Of a stretch of DNA of 64,000 nt, positions 13,892 to 27,289 are shown piece by piece. Under the pieces are notes generated by a model that was not told the origin of the DNA, did not search any database, and saw only the letters and a list, made by a program, of their open reading frames with translations. The number at the start of each line of letters is the position of its first letter. Within the stretch, counting starts at the first letter, position 1. A program made the translations under genes and the position numbers. Source of the DNA: Pristiophorus japonicus (taxonomy: Eukaryota); assembly GCF_044704955.1 (NCBI RefSeq), contig NW_027252668.1:5890001-5954000 (forward strand). Reading direction: 5' to 3'.

Positions 13892-16855
13892 ACTCTTTTG
13901 AGTTTACCTGCAAAACATAAAAACATTAAACGGTGCCACCCGACCTGGGTGACACTCCAGACATTTACAAGGCCCTTTTTTTTCCCCCCCTTTTTTTGTT
14001 TTTTTTTTGTGTTTTTCTTTTTTGGTTTTTTTTTTTGGGCACTAAATTCACAATTTTCCCCAGTGCCCCCTATAAAAGGGAAGGGGGACACTAAAAGCAC
14101 CGGCAATTAAAACAAATTAACTTTAAAACGTAAAATCAAATTAAAATTTGGTTGCCGGGCGTGATGATGCACTCCAGTCCCTCCGGTGCCCACCTCTCGT
14201 GGAAGGCCGCGAGCGTACCGGTGGACACCGCGTGCTCCATCTCCAAGGACACCCTGGACCGGATGTAAGAGCGGAAGAGAGGCAGGCAGTCAGGTTGAAC
14301 GACCCCCTCGACCGCCCGCTGCCTGGACCGGCTGATGGCACCCTTGGCCGTGCCCAGGAGCAGTCCTACGAGGAGGCCTTCGGACCTACCCGCTCCCCTC
14401 CGCACAGGGTGCCCAAAGATCAGGAGAGTGGGACTGAAGTGCAGCCAGAATTTCAGGAGCAGCCCCTTCAAATAATGGAACAGGGGCTGCAACCTTGTGC
14501 ACTCAATAAAAACATGGAACACGGACTCCTCCAGACCGCAGAAATTGCAGGCGGCCTGGGAGTCCGTGAACCGGCTTAAAAATTTGTTGCACGGCACTGC
14601 TCCGTGCACCACCCTCCAGGCCAAGTCCCCGATGAATAGTGGGAGGACCCCTGCGTAGAGTGCCCTCCATCGGGGACCCCCGCCTCCTCCGGACGGCAAG
14701 ATGGTACGCCATGGCGTGTCTGGACGGCCGGCGAGGATGGCAAAGTTGAGGGTGTGCAGGAGCAGCCCGTACAGGAAACCCCTCCGCGCGGAACTGAAAG
14801 GCACGGAGGGGATTTCACCGAGGCGGCTCAAGTTGTGAGGCGCCGGCCCCCGAGGGAGGTTCCGGGGTTTGGCGCCGATGAGGAATTCCGTCCGGACGGG
14901 GGTCAGTTCGGACGGGATCTCCCCACGTGCCTGAGCCTCCTCGATGCACCTAACGGATTCAGGGCCCAGAGCTGTTTTTAGCGACTCGATGGCATCGGCC
15001 GCGTGGCGGACGTTGGCAGAGTTTAGGCGCCGCGCCAGCGTGTCTGGCGCCATCCAGCCCGCTCCTCCGCCATCGAGCAGGTCCCTGACCCTGGTCACCT
15101 CACCAGCCACAGCCCTCTCTTCCGACCGCCACATGAAGCCTCGGCCGTGGAGGTACGGATTCCCGAGCAGCAGCTCCTGCAGGACGGCCGCCACTCCAGC
15201 CGGCGGAGAGCTGCGCTTGGTGGAGACTTTGTTCCAGACCCTGATGAGTTCCCTGTAAAAGACAGGCAGCTCCCGGAGGGCAGTCCTGGCACCCCCCAAG
15301 TTCACAAACAGGAGCTGCGTGTCATAATTGAGGTCGAGCTGCTGGCGGAAGAAATACCTCGCCAGAGCGCACCACCTAGGAGGGGGCTCGACGTAAAGGT
15401 ATCTCTGCAGGGTCTGAAGACGGAAAGTCGCGAGCTGGGCACTGACGCACACCAACGACTGACCGCCCTCCTCAAGCGGGAGACTCAAGACCGCGGCAGA
15501 GACCCAGTGCTTCCTGTTGTTCCAGAAGAAGTCCACCAGCTTCTTCTGTATCTTGGCGACAAACGCAGGGGGAGGGGTCAAAGTGACCAGCCGGTACCAC
15601 AGCATTGCGGCCACCAGCTGGTTTATGACTAGCGCTCGACCCCTGTAGGACAGCACTCGGAGCAGTCCTGTCCAGCGCCCTAGGCGAGCGGCGACCTTGG
15701 CCTCCAGCTCCTGCCAGTTCGCCGGCCAGGCTCCCTCGTCGGGGCTAAGGTAGACTCCCAGATAGAGGAGATGGGTCGTGCTCCAGGCAAAAGGCCTGAG
15801 CTCCTCCGGCAGGGAGTCCACCCGCCACTGACCCACCAGGAGTCCGGAACATTTCTCCCAGTTGATCCTGGCGGAGGACGCGGCCGAGTAAATCTCCTGG
15901 CACTCACGCATCCTCCGCAGGTCAGCGGGATCCTCTATCGCGAGGAGCACGTCATCGGCGTAAGCCGAGAGGACGACCTCCACGCCCGGCCCTTGCAGAG
16001 CCAGTCCCGTCAACCTCGTCCGCAAGAGGCGCAGGAAAGACTCCACGCAAACGGCGTATAACTGGCCGGACATGGGGCATCCCTGGCGCACCCCTCTCCT
16101 AAAGCGAAGGGGCGCCGTCAAGGACCCGTTAACCTTAATCAGACACTCCGCGGTGGTGTACAAAAGTCAGATCCGGGTGACGAAATGCGTCCCGAACCCG
16201 AAAGCGCGCAGAGTTCCAAGCAGATAGTCGTGATCCACCCTGTCGAACGCCTTCTCTTGGTCGAGGGATAGGAAGGCGACCGACAGACCAGCCTCCTGGG
16301 AATGATGGATGAGGTCCCGGACCAGATGGATGTTGTCGTGGATTTTCCGGCCCGGGACCGTGTAGGACTGGTCGGGTGGATCATGTGGTCCAGCACGGCA
16401 CCAAGGCGAGCAGACATCGCCCTGGCGAAGATTTTGTAGTCCGTGCTGAGGAGGGAGACCGGGCGCCAGTTCTTAAGGAGGCGGAGATCACCCTTCTTAG
16501 GCAGCAGGACAATGACTGCCCTGCGCCAAGAGAGGGGCATCTCCCCGGTCGCCAGACTTTCCCCCAGGACCCGCGCGTAGTCGCTCCCCAGGATGTCCGA
16601 GAACGCCCTGTGGAACTCCACGGTCAGCCCGTCCAGCCCCGGGGTTTTTCCCCTCGAGAGCCGGTCGAGGGCACCGGTCAGCTCCGCCAGGCTTAGCGGA
16701 GCTTCCAAATTTTCACCGCCCTCCGGGCTGACTTTCGGCAGGTCCTCCCACAAAACTCTACACGCTTCCTCGCTGGACGGATCCGGAGAGAACAGAGCCC
16801 CGTAATATTCACGGGCCCTGTTGTTGACGCCCTCCGGATCTGAAACGAGAGAGCC
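13892..16855 (-). mobile_element. Tx1-clade LINE copy B, 5'-truncated
   Basis: Same truncation point and frameshift as copy A; flanked by GTCCTTGTGCATGAA at 13877-13891 and 16856-16870. Confidence 0.93.
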
Positions 16856-17739
16856 GTCCTTGTGCATGAATCCCAAAAAGTTAGTTTGCAGGTGCAGCAG
16901 GTAATAAGGAAGGCGAATGGAATGTTGGCCTTCATTGCAGGAAGGATGGAATACAAAAGCAGGGAGGTCCTGCTGCAACTGTATAGGGTATTGGTGAGGC
17001 CGCACCTGGAGTACTGCATGCAGTTTTGGTCACCTGACTAAAGGAAGGATATACTAGCCTTGGAGAGGGTACAGAGACGATTCACTAGGCTGATTCTGGA
17101 GATGAGGGGGTTACCTTATGATGATAGATTGAGTAGACTGGGTCTTTACTCATTGGAGTTCAGAAGGATGAGGGGTGATCTTATAGAAACATTTAAAATA
17201 ATGAAAGGGATAGACAAGATAGAGGCAGAGGGGTTGTTTCCACTGGTCGGGGAGACGAGAACTAGGGGGCACAGCCTCAAAATACGGGGGAGCCAATTTC
17301 AAGCCGAGTTGAGAAGGAATTTCTTCTCCCAGAGGGTTGTGAATCTGTGGCATTTTCTGCCCAAGGAAGCAGTTGAGACTAGCTCATTGAATGTATTCAA
17401 ATCACAGATAGATAGATTTTTAACCAATAAGGGAATTAAGGGTTACGGGGAGCGGGCGGGTAAGTGGAGCTGAGTCCACGGCCAGATCAGCCATGATCTT
17501 TTTGAATGGCGGAGCAGGCTCGAGGGGCGAGATGGCCCACTCATGTTCCTAATTCTTATGTTCTTATATTATGTAAACACCCTGCACAGAATTATCCCAA
17601 ATTGAGCATTTCCAAGGGACAAGGCTCCCAGCTTTAATCATTCTGTGTCCTTTCCCCCCAGGCCCAGTTCCTTTGTTCAGATTCTGATAAAAGTAAATTG
17701 GGAAAGGTGCACTTTGATTTTTACAGGCTGAATTATTGC

Positions 17740-18060
17740 AGAGAGATGCGCATGCGCGGCTCAGCCCCACCCCCTGTGTCGAGTCCCAGTGAGCAGAAGA
17801 GCGCATGCGCCCTCCCCTCGATCACCATTCACTCAGTGAGCGGAAGAAGATGGTTTCAAACAGCCGGAAATGAGAGCCCGCGGCCCTGGGGTAAGGCAGC
17901 GAGCAGCAGCCTCCTTCCAGCAGCGCAGCGCTTTGGGAGCGTGTCCGCAGATGGGCTCAGAGACCGGCACTGAGTCCGGGGGGAGTTCAGGGGGAGTCGG
18001 GGGCTGTGTGTAAGGGGCGGAGTGGAGCAAGAACCAGTGTCAGTGCGTGGTGTGAGTGGG
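17740..18060 (+). promoter_or_regulatory. CpG-rich promoter / probable non-coding first exon of the zinc-finger gene
   Basis: Two NRF1-type GCGCATGCGC palindromes (17748-17757, 17801-17810), CGGAA ETS cores, GC box, candidate GT donors. Confidence 0.6.
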
Positions 18061-18729
18061 GGGAGGGAGAGGCCATTCTCGGGCTGTGTGTGGACAGTGT
18101 AAGATAACAGAGAAAGTAAATCACCTCGCTCTTTCAAATCGTTGCTGCTTTCTTTCCCCAAATCAGTAGTGAATGTTCTTGATTCAGTTCCAATCTCACC
18201 GTGTCTGTTGTTCTTGGACAGTGAACAGTGGAAACATAACCTGGCTGTGAGGAGTTTCACAAAGTGCATCTATCGCAGGAGAGGAGTGTGGGAGAAAATA
18301 TTTTAAAACTGATTATATTGTCTGGTGCATTGACTTCTCCATTGACTGCTGGTGATCGAGAGATACATTGTTGCTCTCTCAGATCCATCATAATCTTCAC
18401 CTGCATCTTGTGACTAATATTGTTCTTGTATGATTATTCTCAGAGCAATATTCTTCAACCAGCCAGAACAAATGAGAGCTTTCCTCCAACCGGAACACGA
18501 GGAACAGTTCAGGCAGCTCCTTCTCCCACACAGTAAGTACATTATCACTCACAGAGCGTAGGGTCACAGAACTGGTCTCTAATCCAATTATCACAGGCAG
18601 CAGAATCAGTCAGTCCCACAGTGATCCGAAGTGGCAGAGTTACATTGTAAATCTTACAGCCACATGGAGCAGTAGAATCAGATGCTGTTTCACCATTGAA
18701 ACCGATCACACTGGCAGGTACATTGAACA

Positions 18730-20225
18730 CCCCACACTGGCAGGTACATTAAACACCCACACTCACTTGCCAGAAACTGGCAGGTAGAGAATAAAACTCC
18801 TATCGGAACAAATAACAAATAGATAGTATAAATCGTACTCTCATATCAGAAGCTGATGGGTACAGAGCAAAAGCCATATTCAAGTTTCAGAATCTGACGG
18901 ATTCAGTATTTAACCCCCAGAACATACCAGAAGATGACAGGTGCAGAATAAAACCCACATTCCTGTACCATAGACTGACAGATACAGTATACAACACACA
19001 CACACATACATGAAAGTGACAGTAACAGAATAAAATCCGCACTTGCACACCAGAGAGTGACAGGTAAAGTGTAAATCCCATGTGCACATATCCAAAAACT
19101 GAAAGGCAGTAAGTAAAATTGGTACTTGCATCGCAGAAACTGATAGGGGCAGAGTAAAACCCACACGCACACACCAGAAAAATGACAGGTAGAAGGCAAA
19201 ATCTTCACTCCCATATCAGAGAAATACAGGTAAAAAGTAAAATTGATCCTCACGTTCACATACCAGATACAGAGTAAATTCCACACTCTCACAGCAGAAA
19301 CTGACAGGTACAGACTAAAACACACAATCAAGTAGCAGGAACAAATAGGTACAGATTAAACCCAGACCAACATAGCAGAAACTTAGAGGCACAGATTAAA
19401 CCTCAACACACATACCAAAACCTGACGGGTACAGAATAATACACACACTCGCACATCAGAGACTGAGGATACAGTATAAAACCCACACTCACATATCACA
19501 GGCTGAGATATATTATAAAACCCACACTCACATATCAGAGGCTGACATATTAAAATCCACATTCCCATAACATAAATTGACGAGACACAGTGAAATGTCA
19601 TACTCACTTATCAGTACTTGACAGGAACAGAGTAAAGACATCTCTTCCATACCAGAAACTGACAGGTACAAAGAAAAGCCCACTCTCAATTAAGCAGAAA
19701 CTGGCAGGGAAAGAGTAAGGCCCACAATCACATATCAGAACTTGACAGGTACAGAATAAAACACAGACTCCCATAACAGAAATGGAGAGATACAGAGAAA
19801 GGCCCACACTCACATACCAGAGACAGATAGATACAGAGTGAAAATCAGACTCATTTACCAGAGACTGACAGATTCAGCATAAACACTCACCTCCATAACA
19901 AAAATTGACAGGGTATTCGTTTTACTTTCTATCAGGAATTGGTGGTACACAGTAAAACAATACTAACATACTGGAGAATGACAGGTATGAAGTAGAACTC
20001 ACATTCACATAACAGAGATGGACAGATCGAGCACAAAACACACACACATACACCAGGAATGGAAAGATACAGAATGAAACCCACAGGCAATTACCAGAAA
20101 TTGATAGGTACAGGATAAAACCCACACTCTCGTATTAGAAACTGACACACACAGTAAAACCCTCATCCACATACCAGAGATGGGCAGATACAGAGCCAAT
20201 CCACATTCATATACCAGACACCCAC
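18730..20225. repeat. Degenerate ~42-bp satellite
   Basis: Same motif family as 1-1075. Confidence 0.8.
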
Positions 20226-20227
20226 AA

Positions 20228-21662
20228 TATAAGAAAATAAGAACATAAAAAATAGGAGCAGGAGTAGGCCATACGGCCCCTCAAGCCTGCTCCGCCATTT
20301 AATACGATCATGACTGATCCGATCATGGACTCAGGTCCAATTCCATGCCTGCTCCCCATAACCTCTTATTCCCTTATCGGTTAATAAACTGTCTATCTCG
20401 ATCTTAAACATATTCAATATCCCAGCTTCCATAGCTCTCTGAGGCAGCGAATTCCACAGATTTACAACCCTCAGAGAAGAAATTCCTCCTCATCTCAGTT
20501 TTAAATGGGTATCCCCTTATTCTAAGATTATGCCTCCTAGTTCTAGTCCCCCCTATCAGTGAAAACATTCTCTCTGCATCCACCTTGTCAAGTCCCCTCA
20601 TAATCTTATACATTTCGATAAATCACCTCTCATTCATTCTTCTGAATTCCAATGAGTAGACGTCCAACCTCTTCTCATAAGTCAATCCCTTCATCTCCGG
20701 AATCAACCTAATGAACCTTCTCTGAACTGCCTCCAAAGCAACTATATCCTTTCATAAATATGGAAACCAAAACTGCACGCAGTATTCCAGGTGTGGCCTC
20801 ACCAATAACCTGTAACCTGTATAACTGTAGCAAGACTTCCCTGCTTTTATACTCCAGCCCCTTTGCAATAAAGGTCAAGATTCCATTGGCCTTCCTGATC
20901 ACTTGCTTTACCTGCATACTAACCTTTTGTGTTTCATGCACAAGTACCCCCAGGTCCCGCTGTACTGCAGCACTTTGCAATCTTTCTCCATTTAAATAAT
21001 AACTTGCTCTTTGATTTTTTTTCTGCCAAAGTGCATGACCTCACACTTTCCAACATTATACTCCATCTGTCAAATTTTTGCCCACTCACTGAGCCTAACT
21101 GTGTCCTTTTGCATATTCTTTGTGTCCTCCTCACACGTTGCTTTTCCTCACATCTTTGTATCATCAGCAAACTTGGCTACGTTACACTCGGTCCCTTCTT
21201 CCAAGTCGTTAATATAGATTGTAAATAGTTGGGGTCCCAGCACTGATCCCTGTGGCACCGCACTAGTTACTGATTGCCAACCCGAGAATGAACCATTTAT
21301 CCCGACTCTCTGTTTTCTGTTAGTTAGCCAATCCTCAATCCATGCTAATATATTACCCCCAACCCCGTGAACTTTTATCTTGTGCAGTAACCTTTTATGT
21401 GGCACCTTGTCAAATACCTTCTGGATGTCCAATTACACCACATCCACTTTATCCACCCTGTTCATTACATGCTCAAAGAATTCCAGAAAATTTGTCAAAC
21501 TTAATTTCCCCTTCATTAATCCTTGCTGACTCTGCCTGACCGAATTTTGCTTTTCCAAATGTCCTGCTACTGCTTCTTTAATAATGGACTCCCAACATTT
21601 TCCCAACAACAGATGTAAGGCTAATTGGTCGACAGTTTCCTGCTTTTTGTCTGCCTGTTTTT
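20228..21662 (-). mobile_element. CR1 LINE 3' fragment
   Basis: RT fragments ([16 protein letters not shown]) and CR1 tail; unoccupied Tx1-target homologue TTCATGCACAAGTA near 20933. Confidence 0.9.
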
Positions 21663-21670
21663 TCACCGAG

Positions 21671-21780
21671 TGCGGCTCTCAGGCCCCAGGTAACACCCAG
21701 TGCAGCTCTCAGGCCCCGGGTAACACCCAGTGCAGCTCTCAGACCCCGGGTAACACTGAGTGCAGCTCTCAGGCCCCGAG
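21671..21780 (+). repeat. 30-bp tandem repeat, ~4 units
   Basis: TGCAGCTCTCAGGCCCCGGGTAACACCCAG repeated. Confidence 0.85.
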
Positions 21781-22350
21781 TCAGAGCCGCCAAGCCTGGC
21801 ACCAGCAAACCCCGGGGGCAGTGCCACCCGCACACCACTTGCATTTATGCAGCAGGCCCAGCAATTCCCAGTTGCTCTATCAGGGAGGGCGCTGGATGTG
21901 GAAGTCTCTCCCTGACCTCCTGTGTGGGTCTGTTTGTTGCATCAGTTTGAGCTGGAGTGGGGAGGAGGGAGAAGCTGCTGGGTTTCACCCCCAGTACTTC
22001 TGGGCCCAGTGGGACCAACAATTTCCCATGTGGGACTGTCACGGGAGGTGGGTTCCCTTCCGTGAAGGACAATCATGACCCAGATGTGTTTTTATGACAA
22101 TCCGGCAGCTTTCATTGTCACTTTTTTCTAGTGCTGGCCCCACAAATGACCAGATTCATCAAGCTCAATTTCATAACCTGCCTTTGTGTTTTTGTGGGTT
22201 CTCTCTCACACTCCCTTTTTCCTGTTTGAAATTCACTTTATAGGGTATTAAAAGGGGAGGATTTGTAGACTGGAAGCTCAAACCAAACATCACTTCAAGA
22301 TCTGACAGTCAGTCGATACATCGGGACCGGAATATCATCAGCTTTTGACC

Positions 22351-23700
22351 ATGGAAGCAGAAGGCACCGTTCACAGTGGGGAGAAACGGTACACGTGCTC
22401 TTTGTGTGGACAAGGCTTCAGCCAATCATCCAACCTGGAGAGACACAAGTGCAGTCACATTGGGGAGAAACCATGTAAATGTGAGGACCGTGGGAAACGA
22501 TTCAACTACCCGTCCCAGCTGAAAATGCACCAGCCGTTTACCTGCTCCGACTGTGGGAAGGGATTCACTGCATCATCCAGCCTGCTGACACACCAAGTTC
22601 CCACTGGGGAGAGGCTGTTCATCTGCGCGGAGTGTGGGAAGGGATTCACTGTATCATCCAGCCTGCTGACACACCAGCGAGTTAACACTCGGGAGAGTCC
22701 GTTCACCTGCTCCGACTGTGGGAAGGGATTCACTGCATCATCCCACCTGCTGACACACCAGCAAGTTCCCACTGGGGAGAGGCCGTTCATCTGCACGGAG
22801 TGTGGGAAGGGATTCACTGTATCATCCAGACTGCTGACACACCAGCGAGTTCACACTGGGGAGAGGCCGTTCACCTGCTCCAACTGTGGGAAGGGATTCA
22901 CTCAGTTATCCGCCCTACTGAGACACCAGCGAGTTCACACTGGGGAGAGACCTTTTAAATGTTCTGACTGTGAGAAGAGTTTTAAAAGCAAACAGCAACT
23001 CCTGACACACCAGCGAGTTCACACTGGGGAGAGGCCGTTCACCTGCTCCGAGTGTGGGAAAAGATTCACTCAGTCATCCAGCCTGCTGACACACCAGCAA
23101 GTTCACACCGGGGAGAGGCCGTTCACCTGCGTGGAGTGTGGGAAGGGTTTCACTGTATCATCCAGCCTGCTGATACACCAGCAAGTTCACACTGGGGAAA
23201 GACCGTTCTCCTGCTCCGACTGTGGGAAGGGATTCATTCAGTTATTCGCCCTGCTGAGACACCAGCGAGTTCACACTGAGGAGAGACCTTTTAAATGTTC
23301 TAACTGTGAGAAGAGTTTTAAAAGCAAACAGCAACTCCTGACACACCAGCGAGTTCACACTGGGGAGAGGCCTTTTAAATGTTCTGACTGTGAGAAGAGT
23401 TTTAAAAGCAAACAGCACCTGCTGATACACCAGCGACTTCACACTGGGGAGAGGCCGTTCACCTGCTCCGAGTGTGGGAAGGGATTCACTCTGTCATACC
23501 ACCTGCTGAGACACCAGCGAATTCACACAGGGGAGAGGCCGTTCAGCTGCTCTGAATGTGGGATGGGATTCACTCGGTCAGCCCACCTGCTGAGACACCA
23601 GCGAATTCACACTGGGGAGAGGCCGTTCACCTGCTCAGAGTGTGGGAAGGGATTCATTCGATCATCCAACCTGCTGAGCCACCAGCGAGTTCACAAGTGA
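22351..23700 (+). CDS. C2H2 zinc-finger protein (16 finger units, 12 with full C2H2 ligands, no KRAB/SCAN)
   Basis: Open ORF from ATG 22351 with TGERPF linkers; polypyrimidine tract and AG acceptor at 22242-22243 upstream. Confidence 0.9.
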   Translation: MEAEGTVHSGEKRYTCSLCGQGFSQSSNLERHKCSHIGEKPCKCEDRGKRFNYPSQLKMHQPFTCSDCGKGFTASSSLLTHQVPTGERLFICAECGKGFTVSSSLLTHQRVNTRESPFTCSDCGKGFTASSHLLTHQQVPTGERPFICTECGKGFTVSSRLLTHQRVHTGERPFTCSNCGKGFTQLSALLRHQRVHTGERPFKCSDCEKSFKSKQQLLTHQRVHTGERPFTCSECGKRFTQSSSLLTHQQVHTGERPFTCVECGKGFTVSSSLLIHQQVHTGERPFSCSDCGKGFIQLFALLRHQRVHTEERPFKCSNCEKSFKSKQQLLTHQRVHTGERPFKCSDCEKSFKSKQHLLIHQRLHTGERPFTCSECGKGFTLSYHLLRHQRIHTGERPFSCSECGMGFTRSAHLLRHQRIHTGERPFTCSECGKGFIRSSNLLSHQRVHK

Positions 23701-24177
23701 CTGCAGGGGTTGGATTCTGCTATTATTGCTGCTGTTAATCACATCCTGGACTGAATTGTGTTCATTCTGACAGTTGGGGTTTATATCTCTTGTAACGCTG
23801 ATATTAATAACTCCTGTAGCTGGACTGGAATTTAATATTTGATATATAGACACATAAATTAGTGTTGCTTTCAACACATTGCTGTGGATTTTTGTCTTTC
23901 CCACCTGAATGTTTAGCATCACCTGGCTGGAGCTGAGAAAGGACAATCTGGGGGGAGGATCATACAGGGGGAACAGAATTTCAGCCTGGACATACTCCTT
24001 CAGGGCCACACTAAGATCACTTCATTCCTCTGAACTCAAATGTGTATAGGCCCAACCTATCGTCATAAGTCGACCCCCCTCACCTCCAGAATCTACAGCA
24101 GACATGAGCAAGGACCTGAGGCTTATTAAAAGACACATTTCATTACAGACAAGGTTACACTGGGAGAAATGTTCAGT

Positions 24178-24710
24178 TAGAACATAAGAAATAGGAGCAG
24201 GAGTAAGCCATTTGGCCCCTCAGGCCTGCTCCGCCATTCAATAAGACCATGGCTGATCTGATCATGGACTCAGCTCCACTTCCCTGCCCGCTCCCCATAA
24301 CCTTTTACTCCCTTATCACTCAAAAATCTGTCTATCTCTGCCTTAAATATATTCAAAGACCCAGCCTCCACAGCTCTCTTGGGCAGAGAATTCCATAGAT
24401 TTACAACCATCAGAGAAGAAATTCATCACCTCAATTTTAATTGGGCTGCCCCTTATTCTAAGACTATGTCCCCTAGTTTTAGTTTCCCGTATGAGTGGAA
24501 ATATCCTCTCTGCATCCACCTTATTGAGCCCCCTCATCTTATATGTTTTGATAAGATCACCTCTCATTCTTCTGAACTCCAATTTGTATAGGCCCAACCT
24601 ACTCAACCTTTCTTGATGAGTCAACCCCCTCATCTCTGGAATCAACCTAGTGAACCTTCACTGAACAGCCTCTAATGCAAGTATATCCTTCCTTAAATAC
24701 AGAGACCAAA
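24178..24710 (-). mobile_element. CR1 3' fragment
   Basis: LEFRRMRGDLI, TRGHSLRIRG and CR1 tail. Confidence 0.88.
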
Positions 24711-24984
24711 ATAGAGTCCATTACAGGCAAAATGCCAAGCAAACCAGCAGCACACTGGCACCTTAACAGTGTCTCATTGGTCTACAGGTTTTCTTAAATA
24801 GATTTGCTGAGTGGATATAAACTTATACAAGGTTTGCAGGCGTGATGCTCTATTCACATATAGGAGGGAGAAGAGATGCTGTGAGGTACTTTCAGTTGCT
24901 GAAAGTGATTAACAGACTAGATTTTGTGTTTAGTGAGCCTGGGCGTGTTACCAATACCAGTAAAATCGGGACAGTGCAGCATGG

Positions 24985-26832
24985 ATATGAAAGTGGCTAA
25001 GTGACACAAACAGAGTAGTGGTGAACGGTTGTTTTTCAGACTGGAGGAAGTGGTGTTCCCCAGGGGTCAGTACTGGGGCCACTGCTTTTTTTGATCTATA
25101 TTAATGACTTAGACTTGGGTGTACAGGGCACAATTTCCAAATTTGCAGATGACACAAAACTTAGAAGTACAGTGAACAGTGAGGAGGATAGTGATAGATC
25201 TTGAAAGACATACACAGGCTGGTGGAATGGATGGACATGTGACAGATGAAATTTAACATAGAAAAGTTCAAAAGTGATACATTTTGGTTGGAAGAAAGAG
25301 GAGTGGAAATATAAACTAAAGAATACAATTTTAAAGGGGTGCATGAACAGAGAGACCCAGGAGTATATGTGAACCAATCGCTGAAGGTGGCAGTACAGGT
25401 TGAGAAAGCAGTTAGAAAGGCTTATGGGATCCTAGGCTTCATGAATAGAAGTATAGAGTACAGAAGTGTAGATATTATGTTGAACTTGCATAAAATACTG
25501 GTTCGGCCTCAACTGGAATATTGTGACCAATTCTGGGTCATTATCATAGGCACCCCTCTGAATCGAGGCAGACATGCTTCCACTCTAAAAATGAATCCTT
25601 AGGTGGCTGAACAGTCCAATATGAGAACCACAGTCCCTGTCACAGGTGGGACAGATAAGTCGTTGAGGGAAAGGGTGGGTGTGACAGGTTTGCCACACGC
25701 TCTTTCCCATGCCTGCGTTTGATTTCTGTGTGCTCTCGGCGATGAGACTCGAGGTGCTCAGTGCCCTCCCGGATGCACTTCCTCCACTTAGTGCGGTCTT
25801 TGGCCAGGGACTTCCAGGTGTCAGTGGGGATGTTGCACTTTTTCCGGGAGGCTTTGAGGATGTCCATGTAACATTTCCTCTGCCCACCTTTGGCTCGTTT
25901 GCCGTGAAGGAGTTCCGAGTAGAGCACGCGCTTTGGGAGTCTCATGTCTGGCATGTGAACAATGTGGCTTGCCCAGCGGAGTTGATCAAGTGTGGTCAAT
26001 GCTTCAGTGTTAGGAATGTTGGCCTGGTCAACGACGTTAATGTTGGTGCATATGTCCTCCCAGGGGCTTTGTAGGATCTTGCAGAGACATCGTTGGTGGT
26101 ATTTCTCCAGCAACTTGAGGTGTCTACTGTACATGGTCCATGTCTCTGTGACATACAGAGGGCAGGTATAACTACAGCCCTGTAGACCATGAGCTAGGTC
26201 ACAAATTTGAGGGCCTGGTCTTCAAACACACTTTTCCTCAGGCGGCCGAAGGCTGCACTGGTGCATTGGAGGCAGTGTTGAATCTCGTTGTCAATGTCTG
26301 CTCTTGTTGATAAGAGGTTCCCGTATGGTCCACGTTGTCCAGGACCGCGCCGTGGATCCTTGATGACTGGGGGGCGGGAGGGGGAGATTTGTGGAGGATC
26401 TTTGTCTTACGGATGTTTAGCGTAAGGCCCATGCTTTCGTACGCCTCAGTAAATACGTTGACTATGATTTGGGATTTCAGCCTCTGTATGTGCGCAGACA
26501 CAGGCATCGTCCGCGTATGGTAGCTCGACGACCGAGGTTGGGGTGGTCTTGGACCTGGCCTGGAGACGACGAAAGTTGAACAGGTTCCCACTGGTTCTGT
26601 AGTTTAGTTCCACTCCAGCGAGATGGAGCAATTCTGGGTACCGCATTTTAGCAAGTATGCGAAGGCTTTGGAGAGGGTGCAGAAAAGATTTATGAGAATG
26701 ATTCAGGGATGAGGGACTTCAGTTACGTGGATAGTCTGAAGAAGCAGGGGTTGTTCCCCTCAGGACAGAGAAGATTGAGAGGAGATTTGACAGAGGTATT
26801 CAAAATCATGAACGGTCTGGACAGAGTAGATG
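24985..26832 (+). mobile_element. Old CR1-like fragment interrupted by an RTE
   Basis: [17 protein letters not shown]; LVRPQLEYC resumes after the RTE insert. Confidence 0.75.
25539..26628 (-). mobile_element. RTE-clade LINE 3' fragment
   Basis: YADD, QLRWASH, C-terminal CPTCDRDCGSHIGLFSH; TGA-like tail; 11-bp TSD CAATTCTGGGT (25528-25538 and 26629-26639). Confidence 0.85.
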
Positions 26833-27289
26833 GAGTGGGATTAGCTGACGCTCTTGCAGATAGCCGGCATGGGCTCGATGGGCAAAATGGCCTCCTTCCG
26901 TGTTGTAACCAGTCTCTGATTCTAAGATGAAGAAAAACCTGTTACCCAGGATGCTCCATCTCCCGGGCACTGGGACCCAGTTGGGAACAGAGACCCTGAA
27001 GCCCCGTCCATTCTCTGTTCCTGAACCAAGATGGCCATGCATGCGCCCTGATCCCGCCCTGTGCAAGATGGCAGCCAGTGACCCTGCTCACCCGGGCCTG
27101 TCACCATGGGGCATGAGGGCTCTAATTTGGGGTCTTGAATTTATCTGTATCGAAACCGTGCTGTACCTGCCCTGGGATTGTTTGATGAGATAGTGTAGAG
27201 GGAGCTTTACTCTGAATCTAACCAGTGCTGTACCTGCTCTGCTAGTCTTCGACAGGAAGCTGTCGAGGAAGTGTTTCTATACATATGAA

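Larger units (their letters stand above)
10867..17565 (+). mobile_element. Host CR1 3' fragment split by two Tx1 insertions (CR1 parts 10867-10928 and 16856-17565)
   Basis: NGEKLQHAVVQRDLGVLVHE continues as SQKVSLQVQQVIRKANG after the inserts; ends in a TTCTTATG tail. Confidence 0.92.
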
